From Raja brachyura (Eukaryota), in assembly GCA_963514005.1 (NCBI GenBank), contig OY740798.1:51894001-51958000 (forward strand): a stretch of DNA of 64,000 nt, given 5' to 3'. The first letter of the stretch is position 1. Every line of letters starts with the position of its first letter. Shown one piece after another: positions 35,106 through 48,338 of the stretch. The position numbers and the translations under genes were made by a program. The notes beneath the pieces are model-generated. The model was not told where the DNA came from and ran no database searches. It saw only the letters and a list, made by a program, of their open reading frames with translations.

Positions 35106-36930
35106 CACCGCCAAAAACAGCCTTTCCCCACAGTCAGCAAGAATGCTGATATAAAGAACTGCAGGTGCTGGTTTACAAAAAAAGACACAAATTGTCAGGG
35201 TAGCTCAGTGGGTCAGGCAACATCTCTGGAGAACGTGGACAGGTGATGTTTTGAGTAGGGACACTTGGGTTTCTCCAGCATTTTGTGTCCTTTTCCGGGT
35301 AGAACGTTGCATGGATAAAGTGGTATTAGCTACAAGGAAAAGTTGGACAGAGGTGTATTTCTCTGGAATGTCGGAGGATGCAGAGAGGCCTAGTGGAGGT
35401 ATCTAAAATTATGAGGCACAATAGCTAGAATCTTCTTCCCAGGGTAGAAATGTCAAAGACTACCCCGGGAAGATAAGAGGGTGAATTTTTTAAGGAAATG
35501 TGTGGGGCATTAAAATAAAGTATAGGTATTGCTACACTGCATGCAAATACATATATAAAGATTGAGTGAATAATTGTTTGTCATCTGTTTCAAAGAGTAG
35601 ACTGTCATAACCTTTTACCACTCGGTGAAAATGTTAAAGACTAGAAAGCCTTGATTTAAGATGAGAGGGGCAAAGCTTAAAGGAATTGTGCAGGGCCAGT
35701 TTTTTGCATGCAGAGAGTGGTTGGTGTCTGGAACATGCTGCTAGAGTCAGATATGACAGGTTTTTAGATAGGCACATGGATGTGCAGTGACTGGGTGGGT
35801 GTGGATCACGTGCAGGCCGAGGAGATAAGTTGAATTGTTCATTACATTAAATTCATTAGACGTTAGAGATACAGTGTGGAAACAGACCCTTCGGCCCACA
35901 ATGTCTGTGCTGAGCACCGATACCCACACACAGGCACTATCCTACACACTAGAGACAATTTACATATGGAGTTGGCCCGTTCTCCCTGTGAGTGCATGAG
36001 TTTCCTCCCACGCCCAAAAACAACATGTGGGTTTCAGGTTAATCGGCACTGAATTGCCAAACTAGTTCTGTCAAACCACTCAACTCCTCCCCCTTCGATC
36101 GTGGGGTAAACTGAGAATGATTATCTTTGCACATCCACTAAGCCTTTCCACTCGTCGCTTTAATTTCATGTTTCATGTATTTCGTGTTTTTCTGACTTGG
36201 AAGGTCAATTTCCCTGCGGGGATAAATAAGCTTCTATTGTATCGTGTAGGATGCAAAAGTGGCATAACATAGAACTAGTGCCAACCGTTCATGGTTAGCG
36301 TGGACTTGGTGGGTTGAAGGGCCAGTTTCCATGCTGTATATTTAGTTTAGTTTAGAGACATAGTGCGGAAACAAGCCCTTCGTCTGCACCGACGAACGAT
36401 CCCCACACACTAACACCAGCCTACCAATAGGGACAACTTTACATTTACACCAAGCCAATTACCCTACAAACCTGTACGTCTTTAGAGTGTGTGAGGGAAC
36501 CGAAGATCTTGGAGAACACCCACGCGGCCACGGGGAGGTCACTGAGGTACGAACTTGATGGAGGCAGCGCCTGTAGTCAGGAACAAACATAGAAACATAG
36601 AAATTAGGTGCTGGAGTAGGCCATTCGGCCCTTCGAGCCTGCACCGCCCTTCAATATGATCATGGCTGATCATCCAACTCAGTATCCCGTACCTGCCTTC
36701 TCTCCATACCCTCTGATCCCCTTAGCCACAAGGGACACATCTAACTCCCTCTTAAATATAGCCAATGAGGTAAAATATAGCAAACTCAGGCCTCTGGCAC
36801 TGCAAAGCAGTAGCTCTACCGTTAATCCTCCATGCCGCCCATGCCTGAGTCTTTCAATCAATGTGATCAATCGAAAGGCTATTTTTTTTCTCAAGTAGAC
36901 ATTAATTAATTATACATTTAGACAGGGAAA

Positions 36931-37551
36931 TGTTGTAGGGAATTTTGAGTATTGTAAGGGAGATGAGTAGGTTATAGGTGGTTAAACCTGGAGTTCACAT
37001 ACTGGGAAGAATGATGGGAAAATGACCAAGATAGAATATAGTTAAAGTAGTTAATACTGAAGCATTCTGCTGTGAAGCAGGCTTCTTTATCAGTGGGGGA
37101 GGATAGTCCTTCACAGTTGTGTCTAGCTTCTTATCTATTGCAATCTTGCATTACAGCTGCTCTTGGTCACTATGTTTGGCAGGCAAGTCTCCCAAAGTTT
37201 AACAAATGACCTCTTTTGCCAAGGGATTCACTTTGGCGGGGGAATCTGGACATTTATGGTATCTACATGTGGGATATGTGGGTGGGAGATTTCTAAACAA
37301 CAAGAAATGCAAAATGTAAGTTAATTTTGGGGAGACATTGATTAATGATTGTTTATTTCAACTCCACACATAAACATTGTGTCATGAGGGTATAAAAATA
37401 TTTCAGTTACTGTAGGATTTTGAAGGAGTTTCAGCTTGCTCACACTGCTTCCCGATCACCACTGATCTATGAGTTGTTTTATTTTGTGTCTGAGCGTATC
37501 TGAGTAAAGTCAGATATAGGGTACCGATAAAGTACAAAATTCCCTCTAACA
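36931..37551 (+). mobile_element. 5' LTR of an endogenous retrovirus
   Basis: TG...CA ends with 16-bp imperfect inverted repeat (tgttgtagggaatttt / aaaattccctctaaca); TATAAAA at ~37391; followed directly by a PBS. Confidence 0.8.
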
Positions 37552-37553
37552 AT

Positions 37554-37571
37554 TGGCGTAGTCGACAGGAT
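37554..37571 (+). promoter_or_regulatory. Primer binding site, tRNA-Ser
   Basis: tggcgtagtcgacaggat is 17/18 complementary to the tRNA-Ser 3' end (ATCCTGCCGACTACGCCA). Confidence 0.85.
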
Positions 37572-37589
37572 ACTACACAGGATGACAGT

Positions 37590-38268
37590 GGCGCCATCAA
37601 GTGTGGCACCCTTGCCAGCAGCTGTTCATCCTTTCACCCTTTTTTGGTATTTTTAGTATGTCAAAAAATACGTTTTAAAGGTTTTTTTGTCTTTTTTATG
37701 TGGGGGGTGGGGGTGGGGGGGGGGGGTGGAATAGGGGGAACCGCTTCACAGTCACTTACTTGGACAGAGATGCGTCTTTTCTCAGAGTCGCATCTTCGCG
37801 CTCCCCTTGCGGCCTACCAACTGGATTGGCACGGCCTTTCCTAACAGAGACCGGCTACTCGGCCAGAGCTTCATCAGCAGCAGCACAGCAATTAATTCCA
37901 TCGCGGACCGGGACGATGCCTTGCCGGGGATGGCCTGTTGAAGTTCTGAAGTGTTGGGCCTGCTGATTAACACCGTGGAGCTGTGGTTTGTGGTGCTTCC
38001 AGCCGCGGGCGGCGCTGACTTTAACATTGCGGAGTCCTGGGATCTTTTGCCAAGGGTCGCTAGGCCCCGACGATGGGTGAACAAAGAGGAAGATGACTGA
38101 ACTTTATTTCCTTCCCTCATGGTGGGAAAGGTTGATTCCGCTGTGTGGCGATGTTCATGCTAAATTCTATTGTGTGTTATGTTCTTTTTACTTGTATGGC
38201 TGTATGGTAACTCAAATCTCACTCTACCAATTGGTGCATGTGACAATAAATGTAACTTGAACTTGAAC
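37590..38268 (+). repeat. Non-autonomous retroposon-like repeat inserted in the ERV leader
   Basis: 3' gtgacaataaa + (acttga)n tail; similar to 26305-27100. Confidence 0.6.
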
Positions 38269-39789
38269 AATGTTGCTCTTAATCAGGTGAGTAGGTTTAA
38301 TTTTACCAACTATAGTTTGATTGTTGTCCGCCAATGTAAGTTGTGGTATCAAAAGAACAAAATGGAGGAAAACACAAAGGGAAAGTGTGGTGACTTTACT
38401 GAACAAGATCGGTGAAGGTACTAACATGGGGGTTATACTGTAAGATATTAGATACTGTCACAAAGGTAGCGTGAGACGACAGGTACTACCACTGCAAGTT
38501 GCAGGAGATAGCATCCTCTTTTGCCTGAGACATCAGCCTCTGGTGCTGGTAGACATCAGCTTTGGTGCGGTGAGGCAGGTATGAGGGCAGCTTGCATTGG
38601 TGGAAATAGTGGTTTAAAACAGTATAAAGTACCTGTAGGGCATTCGATGTGTTGACAATAGATATGGATAAGAAAAGTGCTGACATCAAATGGGACCTGA
38701 GCGATCCATAGTACAAACTATAGTCGACTAATAAAGAGTAATTGGGAAAATGATAGAGAAAGATTATGATCTGGAAGCACCCCTTGCTGAGAAAATGGGT
38801 GGTGGCAGGGACAAGAAAAGCATAAATATTAAAATGGAGTAACTATATTCACAGCCATGGCAAAGAACCAACAACAAAAGGTAAACATAACAGCATTAGA
38901 TTGGACACAGGAGGAAGAACACAATAAACATTTGCGGTAGAATTGTGGCGTTGTGTCACCTACCTCCCACCCCCCCCCCCCCCCCCCCCAGCCCCCCCCA
39001 ACCCCCCACGCCGCCATTGGACGGAGACAACATTGACTGGGCAAGTTTAGACAATGAGATGTATCAAGAAGGGTATGATGGGGATTATGGACTGTCCCCA
39101 CCCTAGATGTTAAGAAATGAGTTGCAGTCCCAGTAGCTCTGATTCAGACAGTAGTCAGTACGAGAGGGTGATGAATTGCCAGCATGATAACCGGGATGTT
39201 GTAAGTGTGTGAATGTCTGTGAGAGCCAGCGGAGAGTTGCATGTGCTGTGCAACTCGCTTGTTCATTTTGATTTGTATGAAAGGAAGTGAGAAAAAGCAT
39301 GAAGTCAGAGAGTGCAAAGACTGTTAAATTGTTTGTTCCTTTGTTCTCAGAGATTGTTGTATTAACCCTATGGTCTAGGATGTGACTGAATGATTATGTG
39401 AAATATATTTGTAGTGCCTCTTGTGTTTTAAGAGGTAGTGTCCCATTAAGAAGTTGTGTGAGGGGACCTCTCAAACCCATTCATCTTTTATGCTTTGGAC
39501 ATTTGTTAGAAGCTTTCAATGTGGAATGTTTGAATGAAGGAGATGTGCAAAGATGCAGTTTTGTTTAGTTTTATGTGTTTTGTCTGTTTGTTCTCTTCAT
39601 AATTCTTTCATTTTTAATGGATTTGAGAGACTGGCCATGTGGAATCCAAGTTAAAGTGTTTGAAATGTGAGTGTCTCTATTCCGGATATGAGATGCCAAC
39701 ATTTCAGAAAGAAATCAGCATTTGGGGAAATTGTGATTAGTATCTAGTATCTATTTGGACTATGAATTTGAAATTGTTATTTTGGGAGA

Positions 39790-40365
39790 TAGATTAGACA
39801 ATAGACAATAGGAGCAGGAGAAGGCCATTCGGCCCTTCAAGCCAGCACTGCCATTCAATTCTCCCAATATCCCCTGACTCCGCTATCTTCAAGAACCCTA
39901 TCTAGCTCTCTCTCGAAAGTATCCAGAGAACCGGCCTCCACCGCCCACTGTGGCAGAGAATTCCACACTCACAACTCTCTGTGTGAAAAAGTTTCCTCAC
40001 CTCTGTTCTAAATGGCTTACCCCTTATTCTTAAACTGTGGCCCCTGGTATTGGACTCCTCCAACATCGGGAACATGTTTCCTGCCGCTAGCGTGTCCAAA
40101 CCCTTAATAATCTTATATGTTTCAATAAGAACCCCTCTCATCCTTCTAAATTCCAGAGTGTACAAGCCCAGCTGTTCCACTCTCTCAGCATATGACAGTC
40201 CCGCCAACCCGGGAATTAACCTATGCTGCACTCCCTCAATAGTAAGAATGTCCTTCCTCAAACTTGGAGACCAAAACTGCACATAATACTCCAGGTGTGG
40301 TCTTACTAGGGCCCTGTACAACTGCAGAAGGACCTCTTTGCTTGTATACTCAACTCTTCTTGTTA
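39790..40365 (-). mobile_element. CR1 LINE 3' fragment nested in the ERV
   Basis: YRALVRPHLEY..FWSP; (ctattgt)n tail. Confidence 0.85.
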
Positions 40366-40684
40366 TGGTTATTGGTTAATTGGAACAATTGGGGAATAAT
40401 CTTAAACATTGCTTTTCTTACTAACAATGTACTTCTGCATTTTTAAAATATTGCTCAAGAGTTACAGATTGCTGATTATGAGTTTATAAATTATTTTGTA
40501 AATGCTTGTATTGATGCAAGTGCTGGAAGTTCAGCAAGTGTTTAGTAAAATGCAAATGAGGGTCCATGTAGTGCTCTGCTGGTCAATTATGTCAGACCCT
40601 ATCTTACAGGAAGGAGATTTAAGGAAAATCCCTCGGGAAGGCAAACGGTTGAGAGAGCGAAAGTAAATTGTGGGGAGAAATAAA

Positions 40685-41088
40685 TTTGAGCATTTGCAAA
40701 AATCAAGCAACCCCTGATCTCCTCCCGAGCATTGGGACTCCAAGATTTAACGAAACCCTTCCATCTGCACTGTGATAATGGAAGAGGATACTACACAGCT
40801 GTAGTCACACATAAACATGGGGATAGAATGAGGCCAGTAGCATAGTATCCAAGATGTGCTCAAGCACTTGACAGTGCAACATGGATAGTTGAAATCTTAG
40901 AGCACATTACTTTGATGGAAAATATAATTTTACATTCACCTCATAGTGTGGTGCAACTTTTCGAGGCAGGGAAGTTAAAGGCAGTATCAGATAATCAACA
41001 AGTGAAATGGGAGAGCATATTATTACCAGCGGACAAGCACGTACTGATAGTCAAAGACAGTGTGGTCAATCCAGCCACAATGATGGTG
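40685..41088 (+). pseudogene. Class I (gamma/epsilon-like) ERV pol remnant, RT connection domain
   Basis: ALGLQDLTKPFHLHC...RPVA*Y...LHSPHSV...WESILL...VVNPATMM parallels MLV-type ALGLPDLTKPF...RPVAY...APHAV...LNPATLL; in-frame stop at 40843. Confidence 0.8.
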
Positions 41089-42994
41089 AAGGACTATCCC
41101 ACCCTCTCCCCCCACAGGTAAGGAAGCCTGTTTCACAGCAGATTTTTTCGGCATCATTGACTGACGTATCAGGGTCGCCGAAAGATTTAGAACATTTCAA
41201 AATCCAGCGGCAACAAAAGAAATGTTGCGGCATTTGAGGAAACACTGTGCATCAATACGTCATCACGCCGCGTCACGCCGCATCATGCCACATCTTTTTC
41301 GGTGAGCTGATATGTCAGTCAATGATGCTGGCAGTCGCCGAAACAATTGCCAAGTGGGACAGGCCCTTTAGCTACTTTAACCACTTTCCCATCATGCTTC
41401 CCAGTATGTAAATTCCAGGGTTAACCAAACTATAACCTACTCATCTTCCTTACAATACTCAACATTTCCTACATCCCATTTTCATTATGAAAGTGCAGAC
41501 ACTTCTGCTTTTCACAATAGTCTGACATAATGAAGGGCAGGGGAATTTGCTTCCTCTGCTGGCATGTATTGATGACTAATGTGAGTTTACAAAACTGCAA
41601 AACCTAACAAGACATCTATTGTAACCAATACTGAGGTCGAAAGCAAGACATTTTGAATTGAGCAAGACGCCCCATCTAAGTACAGGCAACAGTTTTATAA
41701 AGCAGCGTGTAAATCAAAAGGCATGTAAATACCATATACTGTATGCCAGGCACCATATGCAACTCAGCTTCCATGCGGTACCAGGCATAAATTTGAGGTA
41801 GTTATTCTGTAAATAACACATAAATCAAGCTAGCGTAAAAACAAGGTCCCATTTGTCTGTGTTTGGCCTAGATCCGTCTAAGCCTTTCCTAAACATGCAC
41901 CTATTTTAAATGTTGTTGTAGTACCCACTTCAACTGCATCTTCCACCGATTTTCCGTTAACTGGTGGACTGGACCTCCCTTAAATCCAGATAAACTTTCC
42001 CCCACCTGAAGTTCCCCCACAAATGTGGCGCCAAGGCCGGGTGAGGCGGCCAATCTCAACCTCATCGGGACTGCCACGCCTATCGGCGGGTCGAATCTGC
42101 CACCTAACACTAATGAAACTCTGGCCTGGCTGGAGTCGACAGATCCGTTCCCATAACCGACTTCCGAGGCTGACTTTGCGGGCCGGTGTCTCAGCCCCTC
42201 GGTGGAACGTTCCAGTACCATTGGACTCCTCGCAGGGCCATGACCTCTGTTGGTCTGGCAAAATGGATATTCCAGAAAGGCTCTTGAACCAAGGGTGCTG
42301 GAAAATTGGTGGTGGACCTGTACCTGCTCTGGCAGCTCATTCCACAAACTCACCACCTTCAGCGTCAAAACAAAATATTTTCACTATACCTCAGTACACG
42401 TCAGATCAAGTTTGACTTCATTGGACACCGTATCAATGTAAACCGCCAAGAAACATGTTGAGGAAGAGACAAGAGATTATTAAATTGAATGAAGAGGCAC
42501 AGAAAGCATGATGTGTAGGCCATTGACTGGATGCAAGACATGGTTTACCGGAATGATCAATGGATTATGGGGTATTGTCTACAGGGAGAGGTTGGACAGA
42601 CTTGGATTATAGATGATAGACAATATACAATAAACAATGGACATAGACAATAAGTGCAGGAGTAGGCCATTCGGCCCTTCGAGCCAGCACCACCATTCAC
42701 TGCGATCATGGCTGATCATTATAGAAGAGGCTCTCACTAGAGTCTACTCGATATCCCGTAGCTCCGCTATTGCTCCCTCTCCCCCATTCGCAACGAGGAC
42801 AGAGTCCCCCTTGTCCTCACATTCCACCCCATCAGCAATCACATTCAACATATTTTCTCTGGAACACTGGAGATTGCGGGGAGGCCTGAGAGAAGTATAT
42901 ACATTCATAAGAGGTTTAGTTTAGTTCAGTTTAGTTAAGAGATACAGCATGGAAACAGAGCTTTCGGCCCATCGAGTCTGCGCTGAATAGATAG

Positions 42995-43490
42995 AAATAG
43001 ATGACTGAATGGATAGAAAATTGGCTCCATGGAAGGAAGCAGAGGGTGATGGTGGAAGGTTGCTGGAGGCCTGTGACTAGTGGTGTGCTTTTGGGTTTGG
43101 TGCTGGGCCCGTTACTGTTTGTCATCTACATCAATGATTTGGATGAGAACATACAGGGCAAGATTAGCAAGTTTGCTGATGATACAAAAGTGGGTGGTTT
43201 TGCAGATACTGAAGATGGTTGTGAAAAATTGCAGCAATTAATCGATTGGCCAGGAGGGCTGAGGAAGTGCTGATGGAATTTAATACAGAGAAATGTGAGG
43301 TGATGCATTTTGGGAAGTCCAACATCGGCAGGACCTACACAGTGAATGGTTGGGCTCTGGGGAGTGTTGTAGAGCAGAGGGATCTAGAAGTGCAGGTGCA
43401 TGGTTCCTTCAAGGTGGAGTCGCAGGTAGATAGGGTGGTTAAAAAGTATTTTTGCACATTGGCCTTCATCAGTCAGGCTAGTGAGTATAG
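42995..43490 (+). mobile_element. CR1 LINE RT fragment
   Basis: WIENWL..RKQRV, VLGPLLFVIYINDLD, KFADDTK. Confidence 0.85.
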
Positions 43491-44799
43491 AATGTGTTGG
43501 AAAGAACTGCAGATGCTGGTTTAAATTGAAGGTAGACACAAAATGCAGGAGCAACTCAATGGGACAGGCAGCATCTCTGGAGAGAAGGAATGGGTGATGA
43601 AGAACGTGTGAGCTGTCTTGGACATAGGTAGGGAGGGACCGGACCGTGGGGATAGGATGGAGTCGAGGTATGAGCAAATTAATTCAGTGGGATGTAAACA
43701 AGCACCCATGCAGATCACACTGACCTCATCTACACCCTTGCAGAACTCAGTGACTTCACTGCACCCATGCAGAACTCACTGACTTCATCAATTTCATGAC
43801 TAATGTAGATCTGCTGTACCTAATACTAGCACACATATGTTATATGGTACCCAGACGTGGCGTCGAAGGACAAGAAGCCAAAGTAAATATGTGGAAGCCA
43901 AGATACCGAAAGGAAATGGCGCAGAAAAGCCAAATAACCTAACGGACACGACGCCGAAAAGCCAAATAACGGACATGACATCTCAGGGGATCTGTCTATC
44001 TGTCTCTCTGTCTCTCTTTCTCTCTTTCTCTCTATCTCTCTATCTCTATATCTATCTATCTCTCACTCTCTCGGCAATCCCTGAATAATTTGGCGTTTCG
44101 ATCCGAAATGTCACCCATTCTTCTCTCCGGGAATGCTGCCTGTCCTGGCTGAGTTACTCCAGCATTTTGTGTCTATTTCTTAGAACAGCCCGGCGACCTG
44201 GAACTCTAGTTGAAGTGCTGGAGAATGTCTTTTAGGAGGAGCGAAGGCTGAGAGGAGATAATAGACAATAAACAATGTGTGCAGGAGTAGACCATTTGGC
44301 CCTTCGAGGCGTACCAATTAGTACCCCGTTCCTGCCTTCTCTCCATGTCCTTTAATTCCACTATCCCTAAGAGCTCTATCTAACTCTCTCTTGAAAGCAT
44401 ACAGAGAGCTGGCCACCACTGCCTTCTGAGAATTCCACACACTCACAACTCTCTGTATGAAAAAGTTTTTCATCATCTCCGTTCTAAATGGCTTACCAGT
44501 TATTCTTAAACTATGGCCCCTGGCTCTGGACTCCCCCAACATTGGGAACATATTTCCTGCTTCTATTGTGTCCAAACGCTTAATAATCTTATATGTTTCA
44601 ATAAGATTCCCTCTCATCCTTCTAAATTCCAGAGTGTACAAGCCCAGCTGCTCCAATCTATCACCATCCAGATCATCGTGGGCAGAGGGATTAATGTGGA
44701 ACGGGTTGCACCGGACTTTGGGCTGTTTGATCTCATGTTTTCATTTCATTGCACAGTGTTTTTCTTTTCACTGTCTTGCACAATTTATGTATAATGTAT

Positions 44800-46305
44800 C
44801 ATAGAATCATAGAAAATAGGTGCAGGAGGAAGCCATTTGGCCCTTCGAGCCAGCACCGCCATTCAATATGATCATGGCTGATCATCCAACTGATCATCCT
44901 GTACCTGCCTTCTCTCCATACCCCCTGATCCCTTTAGCCACAAGGGCCACATCTAGCTCCCTCTTAAATATAGCCAATGAACTGGCCTCAACTACCTTCT
45001 GTGGCAGAGAATTCCACAGACTCACCACTCTCTGTGTGAAAAAAGATCTTCTCATCTCGGTCCTAAAAGACTTCCCCCTTATCCTTAAACTGTGACCCCT
45101 TGTTCTGGAGTTTCCCAACATCGGGAACAATCTTCCTGCATCTAGCCTGTCCAACCCCTTAAGAATTTTGTAAGCCTCAATAAGATTCACCCTCAATCTC
45201 CTAAATTCCAGCGAGTACAAGCCCAGTCTATCCAGTCTTTCTTCATATGGAAGTCCTGCCATCCCAGGAATCAGTCTGGTGAACCTTCTCTGTACTCCCT
45301 CTATGGCAAGAATGTCTTTCCTCAGATTAGGAGACCAAAACTGTACGCAATACTCCAGGTGTGGCCTCACCAAGACCCTGTACAACTGCAGTAGAACCTC
45401 CCTGCTCTTGTACTCAAATCCTTTTGCTATAAATGCCAACATACCATTCGCTTTCTTCACAGCCTGCTAGACCTGCATGCCTACTTTCAATGACTGGTGT
45501 ACCATGACACCCAGGTCTCGTTGCATCTCCCCTTTTCCTAATCGGCCACCATTCAGATAATAATCTACCCTCCTGTTTTTGCCGCCAAAGTGGATAACCT
45601 CACATTTATCCACATTATACTGCATCTGCCAAACATTTGCCCACTCACCCAACCTATCCAAGTCACCTTGCAGCCTCCTAGCATCCTCCTCAGAGCTAAC
45701 ACTGCCCCCCAGCTTCGTGTCATCCGCAAACTTGGAGATGTTGCATGTAATTCCCTCGTCCAGATCATTAATATATATTGTAAATAGCTGGGGTCCCAGC
45801 AGTGAGCCTTGCGGTACCCCACTAGTCACTGGCTGCCATTCTGAAAATGACCCGTTTACTCCTACTCTTTGCTTCCTGTCTGCCAGTTCTCTATCCACAT
45901 CAATACTGAACCCCCAATACCATGTGCTTTAAGTTTGTATGCTAATCTCTTATGTGGGACCTTGTCGAAAGCCTTCTGAAAGTCCAGATATAACACATCC
46001 ACTGGTTCTCCCTTATCCACTCTACTCGTTACATCCTTAAAAAATTCTATAAGATTCGTCAGACATGATTTACCTTTCATAAATCCATGCTGACTTTGTC
46101 CAATGATTTCACCGCTTTCCAAATGTGGTGCTATCCCATCTTTAATAACTGACTCTAGCATTTTCCCCACTACCGATGTTAGACTAATTGGTGTGTAATT
46201 CCCCGTTTTCTCTCTCCCTCCCTTTCTAAAAAGTGGGGTTACATTAGCTACCCTCCAATCCTCAGGAACTACTCCAGAATCTAAAGAGTTTTGAAAAATT
46301 ATCAC
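44800..46305 (-). mobile_element. CR1 LINE, 5'-truncated, nested in Gypsy (a further CR1 3' piece lies at ~44260-44660)
   Basis: RT motifs [26 protein letters not shown]; near-identical to 22645-23850. Confidence 0.9.
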
Positions 46306-46699
46306 TTCTAAACAGTATTTTACAATCGTTTAAGAAGCCCGACCCCGTAGTTTTTGATGCTGATCTCAGCGAGCGTTGGTGGATTTTTGAGAGGTATTTT
46401 AATGTCTACATTCGAGCTGCCCATTGTGGAGTGCTTCCAGACCAGATAGCTGCTGTACTTATTAAATTTGCGGATTCTGAAGCTATCCAACGAGCCGAGT
46501 GGTTCCATTATGCCCGACTGTGATGGGTGACAACAATGTGGCGATCACGCCTGCAGTGACTATAGATGACCCAGTCTGTTTAATGAACAAGTTCAGACAC
46601 CTGTGTGAACTTCGGAGCAACATGGTTATGGAACGCAATAAATTCTATCAAAGAAACCAGCTCCCTGGCGAGCCTCTTGAGGCATACATCAGTACCATA

Positions 46700-47216
46700 T
46701 AACCATATAACCATATAACAATTACAGCACGGAAACAGGCCATCTCGGCCCTTCAAGTCCGTGCCGAACAACTTTTTTCCCTTAGTCCCACCTGCCTGCA
46801 CTCATACCATAACCCTCCATACCCTTCTCATCCATATGCCTATCCAATTTATTTTTAAATGATACCAACGAACCTGCCGCCACCACTTCCACTGGAAGCT
46901 CATTCCACACCGCTACCACTCTCTGAGTAAAGAAGTTCCCCCTCATGTTACCCCTAAACCTCTGTCCCTTAATTCTAAAGTCATGTCCTCGTGTTTGAAT
47001 CTTCCCTATTCTCAAAGGGAAAAGCTTGTCCACATCAACTCTGTCTATCCCTCTCATCATTTTAAAGACCTCTATCAAGTCACCCCTTAACCTTCTGCGC
47101 TCCAGAGAATAAAGACCTAACTTATTTAACCTATCTCTGTAACTTAGCTGTTGAAACCCAGGCAACATTCTAGTAAATCTCCTCTGTACCCTCTCTATTT
47201 TGTTGACATCCTTCCT
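46700..47216 (-). mobile_element. CR1 3' fragment inserted into Gypsy gag
   Basis: TSD agtaccata at 46691-46699 and 47217-47225; gag reading resumes on the far side. Confidence 0.88.
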
Positions 47217-47617
47217 AGTACCATAAAACACATTGCAAGCCGGTGTTGTTTCCGTGATGAGCTTGTCCACGGCAGGCTAGTGAGTGGCATCCTGAATAAA
47301 AACGTGAAAAGTGAACTACTATGGGATGCTGATCTAACTTTCATCGGAGCAGAGAATATTTGTCGCATTGCCGAAGTCACGGACCCCCATACCCACCTCG
47401 CAGGGCAGGGTCCGCACTCATCGTATCAAGTGAGTGTTGCCAACCCATTCTACCGTGCTCAATGCCCATCACCTGAAGACAGACAGACGGGCAGACCTCC
47501 TGCTCAATGTAATAATTGTGGTGGGTCAGCCTTAAGGAAAATTTGCCACTACTGTAAAATAAACCACTTTATTTGCTGCTGTCGTACCTGCAGAAATCTA
47601 CCGCAGACAGCAGGTAA

Positions 47618-48221
47618 AGGGCCTGTCTGTCCCACCAGCATGCAACTCTATGTGATGAGCGCGACCTAGCGTGTTTGCTTGAGCCGTCCGGCATCGCGGG
47701 GCCGGTCCCACTTCGATCGCCGGAGCCGTGCGGAATTGGGCGGAATTCGTCCCGACATCGCACGGGGCTCCGATAAACTGACCATGTTCAAAAATTCCGT
47801 GCGGCAACGGCTTGTCGGCTCGCAGTCGCCTCGACGCATTACACACCGCCCCGACATCGTGCCTCCGTGACCCTATCTGTAGGTGCCTCCGTGACCCTCT
47901 CTGTAGGTGCCTCTGTGACCCTCTATGTGTGTGGCTCCGTGGCCCTCTCTGTGTGTGCATCTGTGCCCCTCTCTGTGTACCCCTCTCTGTCCTGGCGAAC
48001 TTACCTTTAAGACCGCTCCAAGTTCGCCGCACTTTGCGCCGCGTTGCGCCACTCACCCGGCCTCCGCGCGGCCCTCGATGCCGGTTTGGTCACGCTTGCC
48101 GCATGCAGGCACATGCTGGTGGGACCAGCCCTGTACAGGGATCACCCGACCTCCGTGCGGCCCCCGCTTCTAGTTTGATCGCGCTCATCGCATGGAGTCA
48201 GATGCTGGTAGGACAGGCCCT
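47618..48221. mobile_element. PIF/Harbinger-type MITE
   Basis: TIR agggcctgtc.. / ..gacaggccct; TAA TSD; internal 24-bp tandem repeat at ~47860-47980; related elements near 41125-41368 and possibly 29555-29825. Confidence 0.78.
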
Positions 48222-48338
48222 TAAATCTGCTCCAGCAAGATGGTTCCCACAGCCTGTCCGATCCAGCTCAAGCTGTGCCGTCTCTTCGTGAGAATTTGTT
48301 GGAAACGGACATTTCCAGCCTAAACATACATTCTCTAT

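Noticed and set aside
47860-47980. CRISPR-like or coding repeat (24-bp units)
   Set aside because: Head-to-tail minisatellite without spacers, inside a MITE, in eukaryotic DNA.
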